The position numbers and the translations under genes are program-made. A stretch of 64,000 nucleotides of DNA from Pseudomonadales bacterium (GTDB lineage Bacteria > Pseudomonadota > Gammaproteobacteria > Pseudomonadales > CAWVSB01): positions 716,906-780,905 of the forward strand of contig JBALVY010000001.1 of assembly GCA_036960375.1 (NCBI GenBank), written 5' to 3'. Positions 1 to 10,138 of this stretch are shown here, one piece after another. The notes beneath the pieces are model-generated. The model had not been told where the DNA came from and searched no databases. It saw only the letters and a list, made by a program, of their open reading frames with translations. How positions within the stretch are numbered: the first letter of the stretch is position 1; every line of letters starts with the position of its first letter.

Positions 1-483
1 GGAGATTCCGCTGGCGGTAATTTAACTTGCGCCAGCCTATTAAGAATTCGTGACGAAGGTTTGCCTTTGCCCGCTGCCGGTGTCGCTTTGTCGCCCTGGA
101 CTGATATGTTGTGTACCGGGGAATCTATTAAAACGAATTTACACAAAGACAAACTCATTCCTGGCGAGGGGCTTAAAGAGGGTGTTGATTATTATCTGCA
201 GGGAGCGGATCCTTCCGATCCTTATGCCTCACCGTATTATGGCGACCAGCACGGTTTGCCACCGATGCTGTTTCAAGTAGGAAGTGAAGAAGTCTTACTC
301 GATGATTCACGCCGTCTGGCGAGGAAAATGGAAGAAGCCAGGGTGCCGGTTGTACTCGACATATGGGAAGGTTTACCCCACGTATGGCAGGCACTTTCAA
401 TGCTGATTCCCGAGGGAAAGATGGCTATCGATCGCATTGGTATATTTTTACGGGGTCATATGCGGGCTACTGAGCCCAAGTAG
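1..483 (+). CDS. Alpha/beta hydrolase (HSL-family esterase/lipase), 5'-truncated by the window edge
   Basis: Frame 1 opens with the GDSAGGNL nucleophile motif, then LSPWTD, EVLLDD and GLPHVW (catalytic His); stop TAG at 481-483. Confidence 0.9.
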   Translation, partial: GDSAGGNLTCASLLRIRDEGLPLPAAGVALSPWTDMLCTGESIKTNLHKDKLIPGEGLKEGVDYYLQGADPSDPYASPYYGDQHGLPPMLFQVGSEEVLLDDSRRLARKMEEARVPVVLDIWEGLPHVWQALSMLIPEGKMAIDRIGIFLRGHMRATEPK

Positions 484-523
484 TTTTCAGCAGAGATTAC
501 CGCGTAGCTCCTCTTTTACGGCT

Positions 524-757
524 TTAAACCAGGCTGTCCCAGTTGCCAACAAACATTTGTATGCCTTCTTCGGCTATGGCGTCCGTGGCCTCCTTCATCG
601 CGTCTTCCAGAGAATTGAACGGGTCTTCCCAATCGGTATTATTGCTGTTCTCGTCGCTCAGTTGTAGCCACCATTTTCCCTTCTCATCCTGAGTTGCAGT
701 GGCTTTAAGCTTGACGCCATCCTGTTCAAAGGTTTTTGTCTCTGTTGGGTTACTCAC
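524..757 (-). CDS. Small acidic hypothetical protein (77 aa)
   Basis: GTG at 757 with GGAG upstream overlaps the stop of the MBL gene (GTGAGTAA); protein-like composition. Confidence 0.7.
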   Translation of the reverse strand: MSNPTETKTFEQDGVKLKATATQDEKGKWWLQLSDENSNNTDWEDPFNSLEDAMKEATDAIAEEGIQMFVGNWDSLV

Positions 758-1646
758 TGGTATCTCCCCCGCGTTGGTCGAGGCTGGCATAGATCATGCT
801 CATCCACTTGTCTGCTGTTACAAAGGACCAGTTCCAGTCTGACCAATCGCCAGAAAACCCCTTGGCGATGGCATCACTTTCATTGATCCCGGCTTCGTGC
901 ATAGCTTGCGTCTCAGTGATGGTCTGATTCAACATGTTTTGGAATTCGGCCAGCTCGGACTTATTGGATGCAACCGGTCCATGGCCAGGAATAACGGTGG
1001 TATCGTCGTCGATGCGTGCCAATACAGCTTCGACATTGGCCAAGAAATGTAGCGCGTCGCCGCCGCTGTTGGTATCAACAAAAGGAAAGCGGTGATTAAA
1101 ATACAGATCTCCCATGTGTACGATATTGGCCGAGGGAAAATAAATCACGCTGTCGCCGTCGGTATGTCCATTAGGATAGTGCACCATTTGCACCGTCTGG
1201 TCATTGAAGCGAAGCGTCAGTGTGTCATTGAAAGTGATTGAGGGCCAGCCTGATTCAGCCAGTGCTTCGGTAGTGCGGCGTGGGGATACCTGTTGTGTTG
1301 AAACCCGGCTCAGCACATTATCATGGGCAATAATACTGGCTTGGCTGGCTAAATATTCGTTGTTCCCCACGTGGTCACCATGCCAGTGAGTATTGATCAC
1401 GTACGGAATAGTGTTTTTTCCGCCGATCTTATCCAGAGCCTTTTGCAGTGCTTCGCTAGCCATGGCAAAGTCATTGTCGACGACCAGCTTACCGTCGCTG
1501 CCGTGCTGGACCAGGATATTGCCACCCTTGCCTTGTAATGCGGTAAAACCCTCCCCAATGTCGGTGGCAGTAAAATCCCCTTGTGCGGCGAAGGCGGTAA
1601 AGGGAAGGAGCAGGCTGAGCATCAAGCAGGTGATGGGATGTTTCAT
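750..1646 (-). CDS. Secreted MBL-fold metallo-hydrolase (cyclase-like)
   Basis: THWHGDH (HxHxDH), GHTDGD, GDL and PGHG motifs; signal peptide MKHPITCLMLSLLLPFTAFA; start reassigned to 1646. Confidence 0.88.
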   Translation of the reverse strand: MKHPITCLMLSLLLPFTAFAAQGDFTATDIGEGFTALQGKGGNILVQHGSDGKLVVDNDFAMASEALQKALDKIGGKNTIPYVINTHWHGDHVGNNEYLASQASIIAHDNVLSRVSTQQVSPRRTTEALAESGWPSITFNDTLTLRFNDQTVQMVHYPNGHTDGDSVIYFPSANIVHMGDLYFNHRFPFVDTNSGGDALHFLANVEAVLARIDDDTTVIPGHGPVASNKSELAEFQNMLNQTITETQAMHEAGINESDAIAKGFSGDWSDWNWSFVTADKWMSMIYASLDQRGGDTSE

Positions 1647-1735
1647 GGTGAATACCGCCGATAATATGGACACTAGCGCAACATAGCCAGACTGCCCGAG
1701 TTTGTCGAGGATTTTTGCTTGAGTTTGTTGGGGTA

Positions 1736-1763
1736 GGGGCACGATAGAACTGAATTGTGCCCC
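1736..1763. terminator. Stem-loop downstream of crp (possible terminator)
   Basis: GGGGCACGAT...ATTGTGCCCC inverted repeat 5 bp past the crp stop; no clear U-tract on the minus strand. Confidence 0.45.
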
Positions 1764-1768
1764 GTTAT

Positions 1769-2404
1769 TTAGCGGGTGCCAAATACCACCATGGTTTTAC
1801 CCTTGACGTTTACCAGGCCTTGTTCTTCCAGGTTTTTCAGTACGCGGCCGACCATTTCTCGCGAACAGCCAACAATACGGCCTATCTCCTGGCGGGTGAT
1901 TTTAATTTGCATGCCGTCCGGGTGAGTCATGGCATCGGGTTGTTTGCATAAGTCGATCAAGGTACGGGCCACGCGTCCCGTGACATCCAAAAATGCCAGG
2001 TCGCCCACTTTACGTGTGGTATTGCGCAACCGGGTAGCGAGTTGTATCCCGAGTTGTTCAATGATTTCGGGGAAGTCGTTACTTATCTCGTTGAACTTGC
2101 TATAGCTGATTTCAGCAACTTCACAGGCAGTTTTTGCGCGCACCCAAGCACTGCGCGAATCATTTTCGCCAAACAGACCCATTTCGCCGAAGAAGTCACC
2201 TTTATTGAGGTAGGCGACAATCATTTCCTTACCATCGTCGTCTTCAATGGCTACTGTGACTGAGCCATCCATGATGTAGTACAGCGCATCACTTTTGTCG
2301 CCGGCGTAGATGATAGTACTTTTTGCCGGGTAGCGACGACGATGACAGTGATTCAGAAAACTGTCCACATTTCGGATCTGTGGAGTGAGTGATATTGTTA
2401 CCAA
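1769..2404 (-). CDS. crp: cAMP receptor protein CRP/Vfr
   Basis: cNMP-binding [10 protein letters not shown] and RSAWVRAK; [22 protein letters not shown]; likely TTG start at 2404 matching the Vfr N-terminus. Confidence 0.97.
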   Translation of the reverse strand: MVTISLTPQIRNVDSFLNHCHRRRYPAKSTIIYAGDKSDALYYIMDGSVTVAIEDDDGKEMIVAYLNKGDFFGEMGLFGENDSRSAWVRAKTACEVAEISYSKFNEISNDFPEIIEQLGIQLATRLRNTTRKVGDLAFLDVTGRVARTLIDLCKQPDAMTHPDGMQIKITRQEIGRIVGCSREMVGRVLKNLEEQGLVNVKGKTMVVFGTR

Positions 2405-2591
2405 CCTCGCACCTCTTTTGTCTATTAGTTCAAGCTGTAAGTATGTTCCCTGACGCAACTCTTGGCTAGTACAAATCACAACCAGTGCGGATAGTGTGAT
2501 TCACCACCGCTTTTTACAGTAAGCGGACTGTTTGCCGTATAATGATCGCCTTTTTTCAGGGCCGACTTAGGTCAGAGCACAGGAGAGTTAG

Positions 2592-3011
2592 ATGCAAGCC
2601 ACGGTAAAATGGCAGGGCGACGTGAAATTTGAGGCCACCTCAGGCAGCGGTCATGCGGTAAAAATGGACGGTCCGCCAGATCTTGGCGGTGAAAATACAG
2701 GTGCTCGCCCAATGGAGCTTATGCTGATGGGTATGGGGGGTTGCTCTGCGTTTGATGTGATGAGCATACTGACCAAGTCCCGCCAGGATGTAACAGATTG
2801 TCTGTGTGAGCTTGAAGCGGAGCGAGCCGACGCCGTGCCGGCAGTTTTCACCAAGATTCATTTGCATTTTAAAGTGAGCGGCAAAGGCCTGAAAGAGGCA
2901 CTGGTAAAGCGTGCTGTGGCCCTGTCAGCAGAGAAATATTGCTCAGCTTCGATTATGTTAACTCAGGCCGGGGTGGATATTAGCCATAGCTATGAGCTGA
3001 TTGCAGTCTGA
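2592..3011 (+). CDS. OsmC family protein (YhfA-like)
   Basis: RPMELMLMGMGGC and EKYCSAS motifs; divergent from crp as in many gammaproteobacteria; AGGAGAG RBS. Confidence 0.93.
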   Translation: MQATVKWQGDVKFEATSGSGHAVKMDGPPDLGGENTGARPMELMLMGMGGCSAFDVMSILTKSRQDVTDCLCELEAERADAVPAVFTKIHLHFKVSGKGLKEALVKRAVALSAEKYCSASIMLTQAGVDISHSYELIAV

Positions 3012-3012
3012 G

Positions 3013-3654
3013 TCAGACGCGGTAAGTGGTTTTGGTCATGGCTTTGGATGCCAGAGTCATGATCTCTTTAATCGGCGCGGGGAAATCCTTGCCGCCAGCT
3101 TCCAGTGCTTTGGTAGCATGCGCTTCTTCATCAATCAGCATTTGCTCTAAAATGGCGCGCGTTTTGTGATCTTCAGCCGGTAATTGCTCGAGATGTTCGC
3201 GCAGGTGTTTGCATACTTGCTCCTCAGTTGCCGCGACAAACCCCAAGCTCCATTTGTCGCCTGCAATTCCTGCTGCGGCACCTATACCAAATGACAGGGC
3301 GTAGAATAGTGGGTTGAGAATACTGGTTTGGCTGCCCAATTGCTGGATTCGCTCTTCGCACCAGGCAAGATGGTCAATTTCTTCTTCGGCGGCATGCTCC
3401 ATGGCTGCTCGGACTTCTCCCAGTCGCGCAGTGCTGGCTTGGCCTTGATAAAGAGCCTGGGCGCAGACTTCCCCTGTATGATTAATACGCATTAAGCCGG
3501 CTATATGGCGTTTGTGATCCGGATCCAGTTCACTGGAGTCCTGACCCTTGGCGGGCGTGCCGCGATAGGCTGTGGCGGCACCCGGCGCCAGAGTACGCAC
3601 TGCCAGGTCTACGTTGGTAACTAGCTTGTCGATTAAGCTCAATTGTCGACTCAT
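3013..3654 (-). CDS. coq7: Demethoxyubiquinone hydroxylase Coq7 (di-iron)
   Basis: [34 protein letters not shown] and DEEAH di-iron motifs; start reassigned to MSRQL. Confidence 0.95.
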   Translation of the reverse strand: MSRQLSLIDKLVTNVDLAVRTLAPGAATAYRGTPAKGQDSSELDPDHKRHIAGLMRINHTGEVCAQALYQGQASTARLGEVRAAMEHAAEEEIDHLAWCEERIQQLGSQTSILNPLFYALSFGIGAAAGIAGDKWSLGFVAATEEQVCKHLREHLEQLPAEDHKTRAILEQMLIDEEAHATKALEAGGKDFPAPIKEIMTLASKAMTKTTYRV

Positions 3655-3736
3655 GATCTTCTCCCTACCGTATCGGTGGATTGTAAACCCATGCCCCGTA
3701 TCAGGTGCGGGTTTTTTCAGCGATAGCTGATAAGGA

Positions 3737-5026
3737 TCAAGTCTTCTGTTCACGCGCGATAGCGCGATAGGCTATATCGGAGCGATAGAAGACGCCTTTC
3801 CAGTGAATACGTTCGGCCAGCTTATAGGCGTTGGCCTGGGCTTCGCCCACTGTATGTCCCAGCGCGGTGGCACAAAGCACGCGTCCACCATTGGTAACCA
3901 CTTCACCGTCACTAAGCTGGGTGCCCGCATGAAAGGCCTTCTGGCCTTCGGTATCTTGTTCGGGCAGACCTCTAATGACGTCACCTTTATTGTAAGCTGC
4001 CGGATAACCACCGGCCGCCAATACGACGCCGACAGCAGCTCTGGAGTCCCATTCTGCGCGTGCCTGGTTTAGCTCACCATCGATGGCCGCCTGACACAAT
4101 TTTACCAGGTCAGACTGCAACCGAAGCATAATAGGCTGTGTCTCCGGATCGCCAAAGCGGCAGTTGTATTCAATGACCTTGGGGCTGCCGTCGCTGTCAA
4201 TCATCAGGCCTGCATATAGAAAACCGGTATAGGGATTACCCTCTGCGGCCATGCCTTCTACGGTTGGGTAGATGACTTCGTTCATGATGCGCTGATGAAC
4301 TTCAGCAGTGACAACCGGTGCAGGGGAATATGCGCCCATACCGCCGGTATTAGGTCCGATGTCTCCATTGCCCACGCGTTTGTGGTCCTGGCTTGTGGCC
4401 ATAGGTAATACATTTTTACCGTCGACAAGAACGATAAAACTGGCCTCTTCGCCATCGAGAAATTCTTCAATGACTACTCGGCAGCCCGCTTCGCCAAAAA
4501 CATTGCCTGAGAGCATGTCTTTCACTGCGGTTTCTGCTTGCTCCAGGGTTTCGGCGACAATAACGCCTTTACCGGCTGCCAGGCCATCAGCCTTAACCAC
4601 TATAGGGGCGCCTTTCTCTCTCAGATACGCCAAAGCAGGCTCTACTTCGGTGAAATTCTGATAATCACCGCTGGGAATATGATGACGGGCCAAAAAGTCC
4701 TTGGTAAAGGCTTTCGAACCCTCCAGCTGCGCAGCACCTTTAGTTGGGCCAAAACAACGTAGATTTTGCTCGGAGAAGTAGTCAACGATACCATCAACCA
4801 AGGGTTGTTCAGGCCCCACGATAGTTAGACCGACATTGTTACTGCGGGCAAAATTAGCCAGCCCGACAAAGTCATCGGTGGCGATGGCGACATTTTCCAG
4901 ATCGGCCTCAATTGCGGTGCCAGCGTTGCCCGGGGCTACGTAGACAGTGCCTACACTCGGGCTTTGCGCTGCCTTCCACGCCAGCGCATGTTCACGTCCG
5001 CCTGCACCAATAATCAAAACGTTCAT
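3737..5026 (-). CDS. purD: Phosphoribosylamine-glycine ligase
   Basis: [32 protein letters not shown] and RFGDPETQ motifs. Confidence 0.98.
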   Translation of the reverse strand: MNVLIIGAGGREHALAWKAAQSPSVGTVYVAPGNAGTAIEADLENVAIATDDFVGLANFARSNNVGLTIVGPEQPLVDGIVDYFSEQNLRCFGPTKGAAQLEGSKAFTKDFLARHHIPSGDYQNFTEVEPALAYLREKGAPIVVKADGLAAGKGVIVAETLEQAETAVKDMLSGNVFGEAGCRVVIEEFLDGEEASFIVLVDGKNVLPMATSQDHKRVGNGDIGPNTGGMGAYSPAPVVTAEVHQRIMNEVIYPTVEGMAAEGNPYTGFLYAGLMIDSDGSPKVIEYNCRFGDPETQPIMLRLQSDLVKLCQAAIDGELNQARAEWDSRAAVGVVLAAGGYPAAYNKGDVIRGLPEQDTEGQKAFHAGTQLSDGEVVTNGGRVLCATALGHTVGEAQANAYKLAERIHWKGVFYRSDIAYRAIAREQKT

Positions 5027-5060
5027 TGCGTATTCCTTGTCTTTCTAATATGACGGTATA

Positions 5061-6629
5061 TCAATGCCTGAAGTGGCGCATACCAGTAAATACCATGGTC
5101 ATGCCGTGTTCGTCTGCGGCAGCGATTACTTCGTCATCGCGCATTGAGCCACCCGGCTGGATGACGCAGCTAATGCCTACCTTGGCCGCATTGTCCATGC
5201 CGTCACGGAAGGGGAAAAATGCATCAGAAGCCATCACCGCGCCTTCAACTGAAAGACTAGCGTGTTCAGCTTTAATAGCCGCTATACGGGCCGAGTTGAC
5301 GCGGCTCATTTGTCCAGCACCGACACCGATAGTCTGGCCATTTTTACCGTATACGATGGCATTGGATTTGACCATCTTGGCGACTTTCCAGGTGAATAGC
5401 AGGTCGCGTATTTCGTCTTCTGTCGGGATGCGCTGGGTAACGACTTTAAGATCGGCAGCAGTGATCAGGCCTAGATCTCGGTCCTGAACCAGTAGGCCGC
5501 CATTGACGCGTTTGAGGTCCAGTGCTGGTAGGTTGGCTCCCCATTCGCCGCATACTAGCAGGCGCAGGTTTTTCTTCTCGGTGATGACCTGTTTAGCGGC
5601 ATCGCTAACGGCAGGCGCGATAATGACTTCGACAAATTGGCGCTCACATATGGCGGCAGCTGTTGCCTCATCAAGTTCACGATTAAAGGCGATGATACCG
5701 CCAAAGGCCGATTCCGGGTCAGTGGCAAAGGCCAGGTCGTAGGCTGCACCAATATTGTCGGCAATGGCAACACCGCAAGGGTTGGCATGTTTGACAATGA
5801 CACAGGCTGGCTGGTCGAACTGCTTAACGCACTCAAGGGCGGCATCAGTGTCGGCAATATTGTTATAGGACAATTCTTTGCCTTGCAGCTGGGTAGCCGT
5901 GGCAATGGATGCTTCCGCTGGCGTATGTTCTATATAAAAAGCGCTGTTCTGGTGAGGGTTTTCGCCGTAGCGCATGTCTTGGGTTTTGACAAATTGCGTA
6001 TTGAACGTGCGCGGGAAGTTTTCGTTACCACCTGGAACCTTGCGGCCGAAGTAGTTGGCAATGGCGCCGTCATAGGCAGCGGTATGTTCGTAGGCTTTAA
6101 TAGCCAGGTCGAAGCGAGTTGATAATGCGGTACAGCCATTATTGGCACTCATCTCAGCCAGAATCGTTTCATAGTCATCGGCATTGACTACAATGTTGAC
6201 AAAGGGGTGGTTCTTGGCCGCGGCGCGTACCATGGTTGGGCCACCGATATCGATATTCTCGATGGCATCTTCAAGGCTACAATCGGCCTGTGCTACGGTT
6301 TTCTCAAAGGGGTAAAGGTTCACCACAACCATATCAATTGTGTCGATACCGTGTTCAGCCATTACGGCATCGTCTTGCCCGCGGCGACCGAGAATACCGC
6401 CGTGTACTTTGGGATGCAGAGTTTTCACCCGACCGTCCATCATTTCAGGGAAGCCGGTGTAATCAGAGACTTCAGTAACGGCAATGCCGTTCTCTGTTAG
6501 CAGGCGATAGGTGCCGCCGGTTGACAGTAGCTCGACGCCCATGGCGCTTAGGCTACGAGAAAATTCCACTATGCCATTTTTGTCACTAACGCTAATAAGG
6601 GCGCGCTTGACTGGCTGTAGGTCACTCAT
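5061..6629 (-). CDS. purH: Bifunctional AICAR transformylase/IMP cyclohydrolase
   Basis: [30 protein letters not shown] and C-terminal RHFRH. Confidence 0.98.
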   Translation of the reverse strand: MSDLQPVKRALISVSDKNGIVEFSRSLSAMGVELLSTGGTYRLLTENGIAVTEVSDYTGFPEMMDGRVKTLHPKVHGGILGRRGQDDAVMAEHGIDTIDMVVVNLYPFEKTVAQADCSLEDAIENIDIGGPTMVRAAAKNHPFVNIVVNADDYETILAEMSANNGCTALSTRFDLAIKAYEHTAAYDGAIANYFGRKVPGGNENFPRTFNTQFVKTQDMRYGENPHQNSAFYIEHTPAEASIATATQLQGKELSYNNIADTDAALECVKQFDQPACVIVKHANPCGVAIADNIGAAYDLAFATDPESAFGGIIAFNRELDEATAAAICERQFVEVIIAPAVSDAAKQVITEKKNLRLLVCGEWGANLPALDLKRVNGGLLVQDRDLGLITAADLKVVTQRIPTEDEIRDLLFTWKVAKMVKSNAIVYGKNGQTIGVGAGQMSRVNSARIAAIKAEHASLSVEGAVMASDAFFPFRDGMDNAAKVGISCVIQPGGSMRDDEVIAAADEHGMTMVFTGMRHFRH

Positions 6630-6661
6630 ATTGGGATTCCGATTAATAATTAAATTGAGGT

Positions 6662-6991
6662 TTAAAGCATGTCATATTGCTTGAGCTTTTTACGCAATGT
6701 GCCGCGATTGAGGCCGAGTACCTGCGAGGCTTTGCTTTGATTGTTGCGTGTGTAACGCATTACCGCTTCCATCAGAGGTGCTTCAACTTCCGTCAATACC
6801 ATATCGTACACATCGGTGGCTAATTGGCCGTCGAGTTGTTGGAAATAGTTGTCCAGTGCTGCAGTGATGTTGTCGCGAAGAGTTTGTTCACTGGCCACCT
6901 TTGTCTGACTAAAGTGACGGGCGGTATTGTGACTATCCTGGGCCGGAGGCGCGGTATCTTCTTGCACGGATACCGTGGCGCTATTTGTCAT
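6662..6991 (-). CDS. fis: DNA-binding protein Fis
   Basis: [26 protein letters not shown]; ATGA overlap with dusB. Confidence 0.96.
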   Translation of the reverse strand: MTNSATVSVQEDTAPPAQDSHNTARHFSQTKVASEQTLRDNITAALDNYFQQLDGQLATDVYDMVLTEVEAPLMEAVMRYTRNNQSKASQVLGLNRGTLRKKLKQYDML

Positions 6992-7971
6992 GCTGCAAAT
7001 TCCTTAAGGCAAAAATTAGAAAATAAATGGTCAATGGCGTGTAATTGCTCATCTGTCGATGACAATTGATTAAAACTTTGGCGAAACTCTCGCAGCTGAT
7101 CTGTTGCGAGATACCAGCCAATATGCTTGCGGCTAATGCGGGTACCCATAAGCTCACCATAGTGCTGGTGCAGCGCGGTCATATGGGAAATAACGATATT
7201 GTAAAGTTGATCTTGCGAGGGCGCGGCCAAGGTGGTGCCGTGCTCTAAATAATGATTAATTTGCGAAAAAAGCCAGGGTTGTCCTTGTGCTGCTCTGCCT
7301 AGCATAACGGCATCGGCCCCGGTGTACTGCAGTACGCGCGCTGCCTGCTGCGGGGTAGAAATATCCCCATTGGCAATTACAGGAATAGCGACCGCCTGTT
7401 TAATGGCTGCAATAGTGTCGTATTCAACATGGCCTTTGAAACGGCAAGCGCGGGTGCGTCCGTGGACTGCCAGCGCTTGAATACCTGAATCTTCTGCCAG
7501 TTTGGCAATCTCTACGCCGTTGCGGTTCTCTTTGTCCCAGCCTGTGCGAATCTTGAGTGTGACGGGGACGTCGACTGCATCGACAATTGTACTGAGTATC
7601 TGGCTTACCAGTTTTTGGTCACGTAACAGGGCAGAGCCGGCGGCCTTTTTACAGACTTTTTTGGCCGGGCAGCCCATGTTGATGTCAATGATCTGCGCGC
7701 CCAGATTCACGGCCTGCTGGGCCGCCGCGGCCATTTGCAACGGGTCGTTGCCGACTATCTGGACAGAGCGAGGCTCTGGCTCGGAGCGTCGTGGTAAGCG
7801 TGACTGTGATTTGCGGCTATGCCAAAGCTGCTGGTCGCTGGTGATCATTTCACCGGTGGTCAGGGCGGCACCATGCTGCCGGCAAATTGCGCGAAACGGC
7901 AGGTCAGAAACGCCTGCCATTGGAGCGAGCAAGGCCTTGCCTGGCAATATGTAGGGGCCGATGGCGAGCAA
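6988..7971 (-). CDS. dusB: tRNA dihydrouridine synthase B
   Basis: [23 protein letters not shown] and ANGDI motifs; dusB-fis operon. Confidence 0.96.
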   Translation of the reverse strand: MLAIGPYILPGKALLAPMAGVSDLPFRAICRQHGAALTTGEMITSDQQLWHSRKSQSRLPRRSEPEPRSVQIVGNDPLQMAAAAQQAVNLGAQIIDINMGCPAKKVCKKAAGSALLRDQKLVSQILSTIVDAVDVPVTLKIRTGWDKENRNGVEIAKLAEDSGIQALAVHGRTRACRFKGHVEYDTIAAIKQAVAIPVIANGDISTPQQAARVLQYTGADAVMLGRAAQGQPWLFSQINHYLEHGTTLAAPSQDQLYNIVISHMTALHQHYGELMGTRISRKHIGWYLATDQLREFRQSFNQLSSTDEQLHAIDHLFSNFCLKEFAA

Positions 7972-8058
7972 CAGAGAACCTTTTTTGAGAGCTGTAAAAA
8001 AGGCGGCTATGATACCTGTAAGGTGTAATTCAGGAAAGCAAAATTGGTTATTTTTTCG

Positions 8059-9192
8059 TCAATTTTCTACGCTAGTGGAAGGCAGGCGCAAGTCAATTTG
8101 AAAGCCGGTCGCATTATCGCCAGGACTCATTAATTCCAGCGATACATGCACAGGGATTGCAGGCGCCATTTCGGTGCTTCCTGCGACTTCGCCCACTAAA
8201 TAATCTTTCGGCTGGAAGGCCCGTTCGGCAACTAGCCCTCCCTGGGAGTCGGTAAAGGACAGGTAGACGCCTGGCCAGTGCTGCGGATATTGGGCGTTAT
8301 TGGTGAGCATCAGATCGACAATAATTGCATTTTCATAGCTGGGGTGCTCCCTCACGACCAGATCGGTGGCGCTAAGTTGGGTCAAATCGAGTTGTGGCGG
8401 TAGTTGGCACTTTAGCAGTTGGCAGGCTTTAACATACAAGGGCCGATACTCGGGTTTTCTCGATAGATCCGCTCGTTCGTACCAGGCCAATTGAGCAGCC
8501 AGTGCCAATGCAGCCACAATGACCAGCGGCCAAAATAACCAACGCCAGGCTGAAGGTTTTCGGTCTTGCAGCTCAAATTCGATCGGCTCAGCTGTGACAG
8601 ACTGCAGGTCAATATCATTATGGTCGTTTTGTTCCAGAGAGGCCGCTGTGATGGCTGCCGATGGCGGGGGGGAGAGCTCTGCAGCGGGCATTTCTGTGTC
8701 GACAATGGACTCAGGTTTAGCTTCGGCTACTGCCTCTGCCTCAGTCTCGAGCTCAGAATCCGATTCAGGTTCAGGTTCAGGTTCAGGTTCTGGTTCGGAT
8801 TCCGCCTCGAACGCAAATTCTGGCTGCGAGGTGCGGGAGCTGGCGGTCTTTTTGAGTTTTAAATGCTCAGACAAATCGTCTGGAATGGGCAGGTCGGCTT
8901 CTCTCAATAAGTCGAGTACCCAGGCTTCGTCGTCTTCTATTTCTTCGGCCAGGTCGTGCAAGTCACCATCGTGGCTCGCTATATGGGGGTGGTCAAAAGG
9001 GTCTTCCCAGTCATCGGGGTCATCCTCTTCTACTGTAGGCAGCTGTATCCAATGCTCTTTTGCGAGAAAAACTTGCAGGCATGAGCCACAGCGAACTGCG
9101 CCCCGGGCGGTGGCTAATTGTGCATCACTTACCCTGAACGCAGTTTGGCATTCGGGGCATTGGGTGATTTTTCGCTGATCAGCCAAACACAA
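8059..9192 (-). CDS. Zinc-ribbon (MJ0042 finger) plus DUF3426 membrane protein
   Basis: N-terminal CPEC...CGSC, acidic linker, one TM segment, CQLLKC; usual position between prmA and dusB. Confidence 0.88.
   Translation of the reverse strand: MCLADQRKITQCPECQTAFRVSDAQLATARGAVRCGSCLQVFLAKEHWIQLPTVEEDDPDDWEDPFDHPHIASHDGDLHDLAEEIEDDEAWVLDLLREADLPIPDDLSEHLKLKKTASSRTSQPEFAFEAESEPEPEPEPEPESDSELETEAEAVAEAKPESIVDTEMPAAELSPPPSAAITAASLEQNDHNDIDLQSVTAEPIEFELQDRKPSAWRWLFWPLVIVAALALAAQLAWYERADLSRKPEYRPLYVKACQLLKCQLPPQLDLTQLSATDLVVREHPSYENAIIVDLMLTNNAQYPQHWPGVYLSFTDSQGGLVAERAFQPKDYLVGEVAGSTEMAPAIPVHVSLELMSPGDNATGFQIDLRLPSTSVEN
8764..8797 (-). repeat. In-frame hexamer tandem repeat (GAACCN)n encoding (EP)n
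   Basis: Plus strand ttcaggttcaggttcaggttcaggttctggttcg. Confidence 0.85.
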
Positions 9193-9197
9193 ATCTC

Positions 9198-10076
9198 CTA
9201 ACGACGTGTTCCATCCAATCGTACCCAGCCGTCGCGCTCGGTAGCAGGTGCAAGCTGTATCCAGGGAGCATAAGCGGCCGCTACCTGTTCTGCCTGCTGT
9301 GGCAATATGCCAGACAATACCAGCTGTCCGCCGGGTTTTACCAGCTGACTGATGATAGAAGAGAGTTCTATCAGCGGCCCTGCCAGTATATTGGCCAGTA
9401 CTATATCGGCCTCGACGTCGGTCGCAAACTGATCCGGTACATAAGTGTGAAGCCGCTCACTTTGTATGCCATTGCGACGCGCATTTTCTTGCGTGGCAAT
9501 TAGCGCCTGTGGGTCAATGTCGACACCGATAGCCTGTCTGGCGCCAAGTAATAGTGCGGCGACGGCGAGAACGCCGGAACCACAGCCATAATCAATGATG
9601 TGTTTGTCGGTGCAATTGTTGGCATCAAGCCACTCCATGCAAAGCCCGGTAGTGGGGTGAGTCCCGCTGCCAAAAGCCAGCCCGGGGTCTAGCATCAGGT
9701 TGACTGCAGTTGGCTCTGGTGGCTCTTGCCAGCTGGGGCAGATCCACAGTCGCTGGCCAAAGCACATAGCGTGGTAGTCAATCATCCACTCACGCTCCCA
9801 ATCCTTGTCTTCCAGAATTTCTACTCGGTGCCTGGGCAGAGGGCCGCATAGGCCATCAAGTTGTACTAACAGGGACTGCATGTCTGTTTCGGCATCAAAC
9901 AAACCGGTTAAGCGTGTTTCGCTCCACAGCGGTGTGGTGCCGGGCAGGGGTTCGTAGATGGCCTGGTCGGCACGATCTTCAAATGTCACTGCCGAGCAGC
10001 CTAGCAGGAGCATAGCGTCCTCTAGTGCTTCACTCTGCGCGGGCTCAATTTCAAACTGTAGTTGGATCCAGGGCAT
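9198..10076 (-). CDS. prmA: Ribosomal protein L11 methyltransferase
   Basis: MPWIQL start, LDPGLAFGSGTHPTT, DYGCGSG and ANILA motifs. Confidence 0.97.
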   Translation of the reverse strand: MPWIQLQFEIEPAQSEALEDAMLLLGCSAVTFEDRADQAIYEPLPGTTPLWSETRLTGLFDAETDMQSLLVQLDGLCGPLPRHRVEILEDKDWEREWMIDYHAMCFGQRLWICPSWQEPPEPTAVNLMLDPGLAFGSGTHPTTGLCMEWLDANNCTDKHIIDYGCGSGVLAVAALLLGARQAIGVDIDPQALIATQENARRNGIQSERLHTYVPDQFATDVEADIVLANILAGPLIELSSIISQLVKPGGQLVLSGILPQQAEQVAAAYAPWIQLAPATERDGWVRLDGTRR

Positions 10077-10138
10077 AGGGAACTCTGAACTGGTGCCTGT
10101 ATGGGATGGCGTCGTATTGCGTGATGCCAATGGCGTGA

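Noticed and set aside
750-1646. Metallo-beta-lactamase resistance gene
   Set aside because: HxHxDH with GDL and no active-site Cys fits the general MBL/cyclase-like class; resistance is unsupported.
3685-3717. Terminator after purD
   Set aside because: The AAACCC...GGGTTT stem is imperfect and the long T-run is on the opposite strand; too weak to call.
5026-6500. Plus-strand ORFs antisense to purH (and similar ones opposite accC, fhs, hemL and the acyl-CoA dehydrogenase)
   Set aside because: Shadow ORFs arising from codon bias in conserved genes; no RBS or recognisable motifs.
8519-9178. 219-aa Ser/Gly-rich plus-strand ORF
   Set aside because: Antisense mirror of the acidic (EP)n linker of the DUF3426 gene.
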